A stretch of 64,000 bases of DNA from Macrostomum lignano. Taxonomy: Eukaryota. The stretch is from assembly GCA_002269645.1 (NCBI GenBank), contig NIVC01001604.1, positions 124,001 to 188,000 on the forward strand. The letters are read 5' to 3'. The notes beneath the pieces are model-generated. The model was not told the origin of the DNA. It saw nothing but the letters and a program-made list of their open reading frames with translations, and did no database searches. Shown piece by piece: positions 35,205 through 48,394 of the stretch (the first letter of the stretch is position 1; each line of letters opens with the position of its first letter). The translations under genes were made by a program, and so were the position numbers.

Positions 35205-37146
35205 TTGGGGCAAGGCAGAGGGGAGCTGAGAGTACTGGGGAGGGCAAGGCAGAGCTGAGAGTACTGGGGAGGGCAAGGCAGAGCTGAGAGTACTGGGGAG
35301 GGCAAGGCAGAGCTGAGAGTACTGGGGAGGGCAAGGCAGAGGGGAGTTGAGAGTACTGGGGAGGGCAAGGCAGAGGGGAGCTAAGAGTACTGAGGAGGGC
35401 AAGGCAGAGGGGAGCTGAGAGTACTGAGGAGGGCAAGGCAGAGGGGAGCCAAGAGTACTGGGGAGGGCAAGGCAGAGGGGAGCTGAGAGTACTGAGGAGG
35501 GCAAGGCAGAGGGGGAGGGCAAGGCAGAGCTGAGAGTACTGGGGAGGGCAAGGCAGAGGGGAGCCGAGAGTACTGGGGAGGGCAAGGCAGAGCTGAGAGT
35601 ACTGGGGAGGGCAAGGCAGAGCTGAGAGTACTGGGGAGGGCAAGGCAGAGCTGAGAGTACTGGGGAGGGCAAGGCAGAGCTGAGAGTACTGGGGAGGGCA
35701 AGGCAGAGCTGAGAGTACTGGGGAGGGCAAGGCAGAGGGGAGCTGAGAGTACTGAGTAGGGCAAGGCAGAGGGGAGCTGAGAGTACTGAGTAGGGCAAGG
35801 CAGAGGGGAGCTGAGAGTACTGGGGAGGGCAAGGCAGAGGGGAGCTGAGAGTACTGAGGAGGGCAAGGCAGAGGGGGAGGGCAAGGCAGAGCTGAGAGTA
35901 CTGGGGAGGGCAAGGCAGAGGGGAGCCGAGAGTACTGGGGAGGGCAAGGCAGAGCCGAGAGTACTGGGGAGGGCAAGGCAGAGCCGAGAGTACTGGGGAG
36001 GGCAAGGCAGAGGGGAGTTGAGAGTACTGGGGAGGGCAAGGCAGAGGGGAGCTAAGAGTACTGAGGAGGGCAAGGCAGAGGGGAGCCAAGAGTACTGGGG
36101 AGGGCAAGGCAGAGGGGAGCTGAGAGTACTGAGGAGGGCAAGGCAGAGCTGAGAGTACTGGGGAGGGCAAGGCAGAGCTGAGAGTACTGGGGAGGGCAAG
36201 GCAGAGCTGAGAGTACTGGGGAGGGCAAGGCAGAGGGGAGCTGAGAGTACTGAGTAGGGCAAGGCAGAGGGGAGCTGAGAGTACTGAGTAGGGCAAGGCA
36301 GAGGGGAGCTGAGAGTACTGAGTAGGGCAAGGCAGAGGGGAGCTGAGAGTACTGGGGAGGGCAAGGCAGAGGGGAGCTGAGAGTACTGAGGAGGGCAAGG
36401 CAGAGGGGGAGGGCAAGGCAGAGCTGAGAGTACTGGGGAGGGCAAGGCAGAGGGGAGCCGAGAGTACTGGGGAGGGCAAGGCAGAGCCGAGAGTACTGGG
36501 GAGGGCAAGGCAGAGCCGAGAGTACTGGGGAGGGCAAGGCAGAGCCGAGAGTACTGGGGAGGGCAAGGCAGAGGGGAGCTGAGAGTACTGAGTAGGGCAA
36601 GGCAGAGGGGAGCTGAGAGTACTGGGGAGGGCAAGGCAGAGGGGAGCTGAGAGTACTGAGTAGGGCAAGGCAGAGGGGAGCTGAGAGTACTGGGGAGGGC
36701 AAGGCAGAGGGGAGCTGAGAGTACTGAGGAGGGCAAGGCAGAGGGGAGAGGCAAGGCAGAGCTGAGAGTACTGGGGAGGGCAAGGCAGAGGGGAGCCGAG
36801 AGTACTGGGGAGGGCAAGGCAGAGCCGAGAGTACTGGGGAGGGCAAGGCAGAGCCGAGAGTACTGGGGAGGGCAAGGCAGAGCTGAGAGTACTGGGGAGG
36901 GCAAGGCAGAGGGGAGCTGAGAGTACTGAGTAGGGCAAGGCAGAGGGGAGCTGAGAGTACTGAGTAGGGCAAGGCAGAGGGGAGCTGAGAGTACTGGGGA
37001 GGGCAAGGCAGAGGGGAGCTGAGAGTACTGGGGAGGGCAAGGCAGAGGGGAGCTGAGAGTACTGGGGAGGGCAAGGCAGAGGGGAGCTGAGAGTACTGGT
37101 GAGGGCAAGGCAGAGGGGAGCTGAGAGTACTGGGGAGGGCAAGGCT
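35205..37146. repeat. Compound minisatellite (GAGGGCAAGGCAGA(GGGGA)GCTGAGAGTACTGGG), about 1.9 kb
   Basis: Tandem 29-34-bp units with higher-order blocks. Confidence 0.96.
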
Positions 37147-37437
37147 ATGGCCAGTTAGAAAGCTCGGCAGGTGTTTGACATTCAGCTATGATGAGGCCGC
37201 CCAAGGATAATGGCTTGAGCTCGAAAAAATTGCACTGAAATTGCCTGCAACCCAAGCTCACGCCATCGCCATATATGGAAGTGCAGTGAGCAGCCTGTGC
37301 TCAGCGGAGCTGGGCGGGTAGCGCCTGTTTGGGTTACTGCTCAGGGATTCGCTGCTGCTCAACTGCCAGGGTGCTCAAATCCCCGACCCGATCTGGGGGC
37401 ACCGAAAGGAGAAGCCGACCCGATCGAGTCCCAAGCC

Positions 37438-37677
37438 ATGCCGATGCTCGTGAAGCTCATCTTCCCGCTGCTGCTGCTCCACTGCTGCAGCTGCTGGCGA
37501 GTCCACAGCAGCTGGCCGCCATCGCCTGCCGCAGTCGGCGAGACCAACTCGCTGAGGATGGCGAATGAGGTTCGGGCGCTGATGAGTCAGCTGCGAGACT
37601 GGAGGCGAAGTTACACTGACAGTCGATTGCTGGGGCTGGAGCACCGAGCCACTGGGCTTCTCCTGCCGTTGAAGTGA
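37438..37677 (+). CDS. Possible exon or short ORF encoding a secreted peptide (signal-peptide-like N-terminus); gene structure and strand unresolved
   Basis: MPMLVKLIFPLLLLHCCSCW... hydrophobic leader in a GC-rich island between two arrays; candidate donor GTGAGG at 37674. Minus-strand splice sites are also plausible. Confidence 0.3.
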   Translation: MPMLVKLIFPLLLLHCCSCWRVHSSWPPSPAAVGETNSLRMANEVRALMSQLRDWRRSYTDSRLLGLEHRATGLLLPLK

Positions 37678-37699
37678 GGGACTCGATTCTCCATGCTGC

Positions 37700-40453
37700 T
37701 CCACCCCCCCCCCTCATATCCCTGCCGCTTCACCCGCCCTCATATCCCTGCCGCTTCACCCGCCCTCATATCCCTGCCGCTTCACTCCCCCTCATATCCC
37801 TGCCGCTTCACTCCCCCTCATATCCCTGCCGCTTCACTCCCCCTCATATCCCTGCCGCTTCACTCCCCCTCATATCCCTGCCGCTTCACTCCCCTCATAT
37901 CCCTGCCGCTTCACTCCCCCCTCATATCCCTGCCGCTTCACCCCCCCTCATATCCCTGCCCCTTCACCCGCCCTCATATCCCTGCCCCTTCACCCGCCCT
38001 CATATCCCTGCCGCTTCACTCCCCCTCATATCCCTGCCGCTTCACCCGCCCTCATATCCCTGCCGCTTCACCCGCCTTCATATCCCTGCCGCTTCACTCC
38101 CCTCATATCCCTGCCACTCCACCCTCCCTCATATCCCTGCCGCTTCACTCCCCCCTCATATCCCTGCCGCTTCACTCCCCCTCATATCCCTGCCGCTTCA
38201 CTCCCCCCTCATATCCCTGCCGCTTCACCCGGCATCATATCCCTGCCGCTTCACTCCCCCCTCATATCCCTGCCCTTCACCCGCCCTCATATCCCTGCCC
38301 CTTCACCCGCCCTCATATCCCTGCCCCTTCACCCGCCCTCATATCCCTGACGCTTCACTCCCCCTCATATCCCTGCCGCTTCACTCCCCCCTCATATCCC
38401 TGCCGCTTCACTCCCCCCTCATATCCCTGCCCCTTCACCCGCCCTCATATCCCTGCCCCTTCACCCGCCCTCATATCCCTGCCGCTTCACTCCCCCTCAT
38501 ATCCCTGCCGCTTCACTCCCCCTCATATCCCTGCCGCTTCACTCCCCCTCATATCCCTGCCGCTTCACTCCCCCTCATATCCCTGCCGCTTCACTCCCCC
38601 CTCATATCCCTGCCGCTTCACTCCCCCTCATATCCCTGCCGCTTCACTCCCCCCTCATATCCCTGCCGCTTCACCCGGCATCATATCCCTGCCGCTTCAC
38701 TCCCCCCTCATATCCCTGCCGCTTCACTCCCCCTCATATCCCTGCCCCTTCACCCGCCCTCATATCCCTGACGCTTCACTCCCCCTCATATCCCTGTCGC
38801 TTCACTCCCCCCTCATATCCCTGCCGCTTCACTCCCCCCTCATATCCCTGCCCCTTTACCCGCCCTCATATCCCTGCCCCTTCACCCGCCCTCATATCCC
38901 TGCCGCTTCACTCCCCCTCATATCCCTGCCGCTTCACCCGCCCTCATATCCCTGCCGCTTCACCCGCCCTCATATCCCTGCCGCTTCACTCCCCCTCATA
39001 TCCCTGCCGCTTCACTCCCCCTCATATCCCTGCCGCTTCACTCCCCCTCATATCCCTGCCGCTTCACTCCCCCTCATATCCCTGCCGCTTCACTCCCCCT
39101 CATATCCCTGCCGCTTCACTCCCCCCTCATATCCCTGCCGCTTCACTCCCCCCTCATATCCCTGCCCCTTCACCCGCCCTCATATCCCTGCCCCTTCACC
39201 CGCCCTTATATCCCTGCCGCTTCACTCCCCCTCATATCCCTGCCCCTTCACCCGCCCTCATATCCCTGCCGCTTCACCCGCCTTCATATCCCTGCCGCTT
39301 CACTTCCCTCATATCCCTGCCACTCCACCCTCCCTCATATCCCTGCCGCTTCACTCCCCCCCTCATATCCCTGCCGCTTCACTCCCCCTCATATCCCTTC
39401 CGCTTCACTCCCCCCTCATATCCCTGCCGCTTCACTCCCCCTCATATCCCTGCCGCTTCACTCCCCCCTCATATCCCTGCCCCTTCACCCGCCCTCATAT
39501 CCCTGCCCCTTCACCCGCCCTTATATCCCTGCCGCTTCACTCCCCCTCATATCCCTGCCCCTTCACCCGCCCTCATATCCCTGCCGCTTCACCCGCCTTC
39601 ATATCCCTGCCGCTTCACTTCCCTCATATCCCTGCCACTCCACCCTCCCTCATATCCCTGCCGCTTCACTCCCCCCCTCATATCCCTGCCGCTTCACTCC
39701 CCCTCATATCCCTTCCGCTTCACTCCCCCCTCATATCCCTGCCGCTTCACCCGGCATCATATCCCTGCCGCTTCACTCCCCCCTCATATCCCTGCCGCTT
39801 CACTCCCCCTCATATCCCTGCCCCTTCACCCGCCCTCATATCCCTGACGCTTCACTCCCCCTCATATCCCTGCCCCTTCACCCGCCCTCATATCCCTGCC
39901 GCTTCACTCCCCCTCATATCCCTGACGCTTCACTCCCCCTCATATCCCTGACGCTTCACTCCCCCTCATATCCCTGACGCTTCACTCCCCCTCATATCCC
40001 TGACGCTTCACTCCCCCTCATATCCCTGCCCCTTCACCCGCCCTCATATCCCTGACGCTTCACTCCCCCTCATATCCCTGACGCTTCACCCGCCCTCATA
40101 TCCCTGCCGCTTCACTCCCCCCTCATATCCCTGCCGCTTCACTCCCCCTCATATCCCTGCCGCTTCACCCGGCATCATATCCCTGCCGCTTCACTCCCCC
40201 CCTCATATCCCTGCCGCTTCTCTCCCCCTCATATCCCTGCCCCTTCACCCGCCCTCATATCCCTGACGCTTCACTCCCCCTCATATCCCTGACGCTTCAC
40301 CCGCCCTCATATCCCTGCCGCTTCACTCCCCCCTCATATCCCTGCCGCTTCACTCCCTCTCATATCCCTGCCGCTTCACCCGGCATCATATCCCTGCCGC
40401 TTCACTCCCCCCTCATATCCCTGCCGCTTCACTCCCCCTCATATCCCTGCCGC
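37700..40453. repeat. About 25-bp minisatellite (CCTCATATCCCTGCCGCTTCACTCCC), about 2.75 kb
   Basis: Tandem array with variant units. Confidence 0.97.
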
Positions 40454-41127
40454 TCGACCCCCACCCAATTTTCCAGAACCTGCTGAACCTCAAGAAAAGT
40501 TATTCAGGCAAACTGCTCTTTCAGAATCAGAGATAAAATCCAGAGAGCATATAAGCAACTGCCCGTAGGCGCTCTCTACTCTCATAAATCTGCACTCGCG
40601 CAGATCAATCTGATTTGATTCCGCGTGCAGAGTTGCCAATGTTGCACTCGCAATCGTGCAGAATTGATTTTGTCAATGATGCTTTTAGTCATAGACTGCA
40701 GAGTCAGATGAGAATGAGAGATGTCAGATGATAAAATCATATGAGAATGAGATTCATTCACGCTAAAGAGTGAGCGCACTCGTTGCTTTTGCCAATGACC
40801 CACTCGATACAGTTCTGGAGCCGCTCCAGTCATCCCAAGCTCAACCCAGCTGGTTTTCGGGCAGTTGCCAGGCCAAGAGCTTAATAAAACCTCTCTCTAG
40901 AATAGATGAGCACTAAGTAGACTGACTGTGCAGGACAAGTGGTAATTAAACAAGATCACCTGTGCAAATCACCTGTAGAAGATGGGCAGAGATGAGATTT
41001 CATTGCTTCCGCACTCTATTTTTAATTAAAAAGGAACTTCATGACTGATCTTTCCATTTTACGCCTACAGATTCACTTGGATAGGTCTCATTGATGATTG
41101 ATGATATGTTAATAATGTCTAGTAGAC

Positions 41128-41422
41128 ATTGACCCAAATCGCTGCTTGACCCAAATCTCTGCTTGACCCAAGCACACCTTGACCCAAATCTCTGCTTGAC
41201 CCAAGCACACCTTGACCCAAATCTCTGCTTGACCCAAGCACACCTTGACCCAAATCTCTGCTTGACCCAAGCACACCTTGACCCAAATCTCTGCTTGACT
41301 CAAGCACACCTTGACCCAAATCGCTGCTTGACTCAAGCACACCTTGACCCAAATCGCTGCTTGACCCAAATACCTGCTTGACCCAAGCACACCTTGACCC
41401 AAATCCCTGTTTGACCCAAGCA
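41128..41422. repeat. 33-bp minisatellite (TTGACCCAAATCTCTGCTTGACCCAAGCACACC)
   Basis: About 9 copies. Confidence 0.94.
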
Positions 41423-42242
41423 CACCTTGACCCAAATCGCTGCCACCTCCCGCAGAGCGAAGCGCTGGTGGCCGGTGCGCAGCTGGGGCATGCCGCTGGA
41501 GCAGGTGGAGATCCGCTGAATTCGCCAGCTGTTTAGCAGTTCGAATACTCGAATTTTGCCTCTGCGAATACCATTTGCAAAAGCAGTAAATAAATTGTTT
41601 GGCAAAGTTTGCCCCACTGACAATTTACCTGGCGCTCCATGGAGACTCGCTGATTACCTGTGCTGGCTAACTGTTTCCTGCTGAGAGCAAACTCGCTTTG
41701 TTGGGCTTTCTGAAGCCAAAGCAATCTGACTCAAGCCGGGCGTGACTGCCGGCCCCGTTATGGAAATAATTGATTAACTATTGGGGTGAGGCTTCCAAGA
41801 GACCAGAAATTCAGCAGCAAAGCTGAGAAACACGAAAGCAGTGAGAGCAGATTGTGAAACTCGGAACCTCTATGGATTTGTTCGGTCTGTTTGAATATCT
41901 ACAGATTTGAATAAAATGAAAATTGAACATCTATAGATCCATAGGAAATCTGCGCATCTAATAGATGTAGATTAGATACCCGAATTACGGGAGAATATCT
42001 GTGCCTAATCCCAACAGTCTCACTTCGTACTCAAATCATATATTTATGAATAATAACTGTATGTTTGGCATGTGGCACTGCAAGCACTGACCTTCCCGTG
42101 ACCTCTACCAGCCCGAACTCGCTGGGCCAACCGAAGCAGCGCAGTGCGAACTCTGCACGGGCAAAAAAATATAATTTAAAAAGCGCTGCGCACTGATCTT
42201 GAACTGCAAAATTAAAGCTGGGGCTCTTGAAGCAGCAAAAAA

Positions 42243-43218
42243 ATGGCACAGCAGCAACAGCAGAAATCGGCTGCAACTCGAACTATTGCCATCTGTATAG
42301 ATGGAAGTCAGCATAGCAACCAGGTGAGTGCCTTGGTAACTGCGACTGCAGCTGGACTGCAGCGACTGGAGAAGGAGCAGCTAGTGACAGAGGTGACCCA
42401 CCTGAGCAGTCAGTGACAGAGGTGACCCACCTGAGCAGTCAGTGACAGAGGTGACCCACCTGAGCAGCCAGTGACTAACTGAGGTGACCCACCTGAGCAG
42501 CCAGTGACTGAGGTGACCCACCTGAGCAGTCAGTGACTAACTGAGGTGACCCACCTGAGCAGTCAGTGACAGAGGTGACCCACCTGAGCAGTCAGTGACT
42601 GAGGTGACCCACCTGAGCAGTCAGTGACTGAGGTGACCCACCTGAGCAGTCAGTGACTAACTGAGGTGACCCACCTGAGCAGTCAGTGACTAACTGAGGT
42701 GACCCACCTGAGCAGTCAGTGACTAACTGAGGTGACCCATCTGAGCGGCCGAGGCCTCCACCCCACCGCAGGCCTTGGCTTTCTACACCAGCCGGCTCGC
42801 CCGACCCTCCGACCGAGTCCAGCTGCTCAGCGTTGTCGACCCGCCGTCGATGACCTCCGCGTCCACCCTCGCTGCCGCCACGGCCGACCGCTTCGAGGAC
42901 GCCTGGCAGCGCCGGCTGCAGCAGTCGGCCGAGCTCGAGTCGATGGTTCGAAGGACGCTCAGCGACCTGCTGGCCGACAGCAAACGCCCGAACTCAGATG
43001 AGGGCGCCGTCGAGTTTCACCAGCGGGTGTCGGCCGAGGTCGGCGCCACGCTGTGCCAGCTGGCGCTCAGCCTGCAGCCAGCGGTGCTGATCGTTGGCTG
43101 CCGCGGCCACGGCGTCCTGCGCCGCACCGTGCTTGGCTCGGTGTCCGGCTACCTGCTGCACCACAGCCAGATCCCCGTCATCGTGGTGCCGGCGGGGCAC
43201 CGGGCCAGCGGCCAGTGA
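42243..43218 (+). CDS. Universal stress protein (UspA domain); exons 42243-42323 and 42772-43218 (175 aa)
   Basis: N-terminal RTIAICIDGSQHSNQAL and C-terminal LIVGCRGHGVLRRTVLGSVSGYLLHHSQIPVIVVP match the USP consensus; phase-0 GT-AG intron. Confidence 0.9.
42385..42745. repeat. 25-29-bp minisatellite (GAGGTGACCCACCTGAGCAGTCAGTGACT(AACT)) in the USP intron
   Basis: Tandem array ending about 25 nt before the acceptor. Confidence 0.95.
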
Positions 43219-43344
43219 GCTGCCAGCGAGGACCCAATGCATCGCTGATTCTGCGGTCTGCGATGAAATCTCGGCGCGTTGCATGATAACTGTGATGAGT
43301 GCACCCGAATTCTGCTTGTGATTGGGTCAGGTGGTCGGCTGCCT

Positions 43345-43625
43345 CCTCTCCTGCATTCACTCAGCTGCCCCTCCTGCATTCACTCAGCTGCCCTCCTGCA
43401 TTCACTCAGCTGCCCTCCCGCATTCACTCAGCTGCCCTCCCGCATTCACTCAGCTGCCCTCCCGCATTCACTCAGCTGCCCTCCCGCATTCACTCAGCTG
43501 CCCTCCCGCATTCACTCAGCTGCCCTCCCGCATTCACTCAGCTGCCCTCCCGCATTCACTCAGCTGCCCTCCCGCATTCACTCAGCTGCCCTCCCGCATT
43601 CACTCAGCTGCCTCTCCCGCATTCC
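43345..43625. repeat. 22-bp minisatellite (GCATTCACTCAGCTGCCCTCCY); same family as 56165-56872
   Basis: Tandem copies. Confidence 0.95.
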
Positions 43626-44446
43626 CTCCCCAAGCAACAGGTACGCGCGTAAGCGAACGCACAAAATACGCGCCTCTGGTAACACAGAAAATACGCTGTA
43701 ATAACGCAATGCTAACTGCAGACTGGTACAGGAACAGGACTAACCATACATGTATACGTAGGTCCCGCGGATTCGTTTATTCGTGCAAGCGTACTTAATT
43801 GTCATAAGGCTTTAATTACATCGAATAACCCAGAAGGAACGTTAGCTGAGCCAATCCAAGGCTGAAGTTGCTTTTAGTAAATAAAGTATGGGAAAAATCA
43901 AGACAAATATTGGTCAGTTTATGCATCAAAATGCTAACTCGTAGGAACGTTGCCACTCGTAGAACGAACGGACTCGTAGAAATTAACGAGTGATTATTAA
44001 ACATAAAAGAAAAAGCCGCAAAAGCACACGAAATTATACATGTACACAATTCTGACCAAGTTGAAAAAGTGAAAAGTAAAAGGATTTGGATTAACAATTA
44101 TTTCCAAACAATAAGCAACTAAATCTAGTTAAATAAGCGAATATAAATGTTTAAAAAGGAAACAAAAATAAAGCAATCTTTTTGTTTTTTCAAAAGCCTT
44201 TGAGGCCATTTAAGCTTGAAATATAAAAATCCAAAGTAACCAAATGAATGCATGATATTATGTATCATATATATTTAAATATATCGCTATCTAGCTATAA
44301 TTAACTAATTAGATATAAGTCATATAAAGCAAAGTAATCCATAAAACAAATGTTGCATGCTCGAGATTACATGCAGTTGTCTTTAGTCTAACTATAATGT
44401 TGACACGAAGCACATGCTGAGTATGCTATATAACTCACTCCCTAGG

Positions 44447-47400
44447 GTGTCACTCCCTAATCCAGCCGGGTGTCACTCCCTAATCCAGCCGGGTGTCACT
44501 CCCTAATCCAGCCGGGTGTTACTGTCTAATCCAGCCGGGTGTCACCCCCTAATCCAGCCGGGTGTCACTCCCTATTCCAGCCGGGTGTCACTCCCTAATC
44601 CAGCCGGGTGTCACTCCCTAATCCAACCAGGTGTCAACCCCTAATCCAGCCAGGTGTCACCCCCTAATCCAGCCAGGTGTCACTCCCTAATCCAGCCGGG
44701 TGTCATTCCCTAATCCAGCCGGGTGTCACTCCCTAATCCAGCCGGGTGTCACCCTCTAATCCAGCCAGGTGTCACTCCCTAATCCAGCCAGGTGTCACCC
44801 CCTAATCCAGCCGGGTGTCACTCCCTAATCCAGCCGGGTGTCACTCCCTAATCCAGCCGGGTGTCACTCCCTAATCCAGCCGGGTGTCACTCCCTAATCC
44901 AGCCGGGTGTCACTCCCTAATCCAGCCAGGTGTCACTCCCTAATCCAGCCGGGTGTCACTCCCTAATCCAGCCGGGTGTCACTCCCTAATCCAGCCGGGT
45001 GTCACTCCCTAATCCAGCCAGGTGTCACTCCCTAATCCAGCCGGGTGTCACTCCCTAATCCAGCCAGGTGTCACTCCCTAATCCAGCCAGGTGTCACCCC
45101 CTAATCCAGACGGGTGTCACTCCCTAATCCAGCCGGGTGTTACTGTCTAATCCAGCCGGGTGTTACTGTCTAATCCAGCCGGGTGTCACCCCCTAATCCA
45201 GCCGGGTGTCACTCCCTATTCCAGCCGGGTGTCACTCCCTAATCCAGCCAGGTGTCATCCCCTAATCAAGCCGGGTGTCACTCCCTAATCCAGCCAGGTG
45301 TCACTCCCTAATCCAGCCGGGTGTTACTGTCTAATCCAGCCGGGTGTCACCCCCTAATCCAGCCGGGTGTCACTCCCTATTCCAGCCGGGTGTCACTCCC
45401 TAATCCAGCCGGGTGTCACTCCCTAATCCAGCCGGGTGTCACTCCCTAATCCAGCCGGGTGTCACTCCCTAATCCAGCCGGGTGTCACTCCCTAATCCAG
45501 CCAGGTGTCACCCCCTAATCCAGCCAGGTGTCACCCCCTAATCCAGCCAGGTGTCACTCCCTAATCCAGCCGGGTGTCATTCCCTAATCCAGCCGGGTGT
45601 CACTCCCTAATCCAGCCGGGTGTCACCCTCTAATCCAGCCAGGTGTCACTCCCTAATCCAGCCAGGTGTCACCCCCTAATCCAGCCGGGTGTCACTCCCT
45701 AATCCAGCCGGGTGTCACTCCCTAATCCAGCCGGGTGTTACTGTCTAATCCAGCCGGGTGTCACCCCCTAATCCAGCCGGGTGTCACTCCCTATTCCAGC
45801 CGGGTGTCACTCCCTAATCCAGCCGGGTGTCACTCCCTAATCCAACCAGGTGTCAACCCCTAATCCAGCCAGGTGTCACCCCCTAATCCAGCCAGGTGTC
45901 ACTCCCTAATCCAGCCGGGTGTCATTCCCTAATCCAGCCGGGTGTCACTCCCTAATCCAGCCGGGTGTCACCCTCTAATCCAGCCAGGTGTCACTCCCTA
46001 ATCCAGCCGGGTGTCACTCCCTAATCCAGCCGGGTGTCACTCCCTAATCCAGCCGGGTGTCACTCCCTAATCCAGCCGGGTGTCACTCCCTAATCCAGCC
46101 GGGTGTCACCCCCTAATCCAGCCGGGTGTCACTCCCTAATCCAGCCAGGTGTCACTCCCTAATCCAGCCGGGTGTCACTCCCTAATCCAGCCGGGTGTCA
46201 CTCCCTAATCCAGCCGGGTGTCACTCCCTAATCCAGCCATATGTCACCCCCTAATCCAGCCGGGTGTCACTCCCTAATCCAGCCGGGTGTCACTCCCTAA
46301 TCCAGCCAGGTGTCACTCCCTAATCCAGCCGGGTGTTACTGTCTAATCCAGCCGGGTGTCACCCCCTAATCCAGCCGGGTGTCACTCCCTATTCCAGCCG
46401 GGTGTCACTCCCTAATCCAGCCGGGTGTCACTCCCTAATCCAGCCAGGTGTCACTCCCTAATCCAGCCGGGTGTCACTCCCTAATCCAGCCGGGTGTCAC
46501 TCCCTAATCCAGCCGGGTGTCACTCCCTAATCCAGCCGGGTGTCACCCCCTAATCCAGCCGGGTGTCACTCCCTAATCCAGCCGGGTGTTACTGTCTAAT
46601 CCAGCCGGGTGTTACTCCCTAATCCAGCCGGGTGTTACTCCCTAATCCAGCCGGGTGTCACTCCCTAATCCAGCCGGGTGTCACTCCCTAATCCAGCCGG
46701 GTGTCACTCCCTAATCCAGCCGGGTGTCACTCCCTAATCCAGCCGGGTGTTACTGTCTAATCCAGCCGGGTGTCACTCCCTAATCCAGCCAGGTGTCACT
46801 CCCTAATCTAGCCGGGTGTCACTCCCTAATCCAGCCGGGTGTTACTGTCTAATCCAGCCGGGTGTCACTCCCTAATCCAGCCAGGTGTCACTCCCTAATC
46901 CAGCCGGGTGTCACTCCCTAATCCAGCCGGGTGTCACTCCCTAATCCAGCCGGGTGTCACTCCCTAATCCAGCCAGGTGTCACTCCCTAATCCAGCCAGG
47001 TGTCATTCCCTAATCCAGCCGGGTGTCATTCCCTAATCCAGCCAGGTGTCACTCCCTAATCCAGCCAGGTGTCACTCCCTAATCCAGCCGGGTGTCATTC
47101 CCTAATCCAGCCGGGTGTCACTCCCTAATCCAGCCAGGTGTCACTCCCTAATCCAGCCGGGTGTCACTCCCTAATCCAGCCGGGTGTCACTCCCTAATCC
47201 AGCCGGGTGTCAGTCCCTAATCCAGCCAGGTGTCACTCCCTAATCCAGCCGGGTGTCACTCCCTAATCCAGCCAGATGTCACTCCCTAATCCAGCCGGGT
47301 GTCACTCCCTAATCCAGCCGGGTGTCACTCCCTAATCCAGCCGGGTGTCACTCCCTAATCCAGCCGGGTGTCACTCCCTAATCCAGCCGGGTGTCACTCC

Positions 47401-47475
47401 CTAATCCAGCCGGGTGTCACTCCCTAAACCAGCCGGGTGTCACTCCCTAATCCAGCCGGGTGTTACTGTCTAATC
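44447..47475. repeat. 23-bp minisatellite (GGGTGTCACTCCCTAATCCAGCC), about 130 copies, intergenic
   Basis: About 3-kb tandem array with recurring variants. Confidence 0.97.
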
Positions 47476-47504
47476 GGCTACTCTGATGGCGGTCGGTTCT
47501 GTTG

Positions 47505-48140
47505 CTGCATACACTCGCACTGTAGGCAAAGAGCAGCTCATTAGTCTCTTACAAATCTTACGAAGCTGCAAGGAGCCACTGCAGTTGAGGCTTAATAAAG
47601 TTGCTCTGAAAATAAAAAATTAAAAAATTTATATTTAACTTTCTGTCTACACTACTCGTAGTTGCATACGGTAGCTTTTTCAAGCCTATCGCAAGTAGCA
47701 ATTACGAATGAGCAACGAACTTCAGTCAAGAAGCGGAATTCAATTATTTAGTGAAAATTTCTGAAAATCCAAAAATCAACCCCGCATAAATAATAAAGAA
47801 ATATTTATTTATTATTCTCGCGCCTCCCACGGCCAGATGTGGACAGGAGCGGGCAGAACCAGCGATAAAGAAACTCGCACAGCTATTAAGGTAAAAGTTG
47901 GGTAACTCGGGTGGCTAGAGAGAACTTGACCGATTTTAATGAAAGTACAAACTGTCCGAGGATAAACAAAAATGTAAATATAAAATCGGAGTGAATGAAA
48001 CTGGTTAATTCGGAATTATTGGCACCTATAATCGGTTGCTAGGGAATTAATAAGGCAGACAATCAATAAGTATGCCAGTATTGAGCAGCGAGGCAGTCTG
48101 GAATAGAAGTTATAGGAAAAATCTGCCACGGGATAAATTC
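47505..48140 (+). repeat. Diverged dispersed repeat, copy 1 (homologous to 56937-57575)
   Basis: Colinear shared blocks, e.g. CAAAGAGCAGCTCATTA and AAAATGTAAATATAAAATCGGAGTGAAT.AAACTGGTTAATTCGGAATTATTGGCACCT. Confidence 0.8.
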
Positions 48141-48394
48141 TTAAGGTAAGTTAGGAATCAATACAAATTATCACGTTTTAAATAGAAGTGTCTTTACAGT
48201 CCCAGACGGATGGCAACTCATGTGTGAAATTAAAATATTTAGATTAAGATAACGCTAATAGATGAGTCACCTTTAACACTCAAGAAGTTACTGTATTCAC
48301 CTGTGTGATTCAATGTAGAAAAACAAACCGCCCATGGCATTAACGGGACGGACTGATTTAGCGCGCAATCTGATTGCAGGAGTCTAGCACTAGT

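Noticed and set aside
21040-39951. Long ORFs such as [25 protein letters not shown] and PSYPCRFT repeats as repetitive proteins
   Set aside because: They are stop-free translations of intronic or intergenic tandem repeats, open in several frames at once.
18470-47475. Regular arrays as CRISPR-like repeat-spacer loci
   Set aside because: Units are head-to-tail with no unique spacers, there are no cas genes, and the context is eukaryotic intron.
47505-48140. Duplicated block as coding sequence under an alternative genetic code or as a NUMT
   Set aside because: Hand translation of the frames gave multiple stop types and no recognisable protein.
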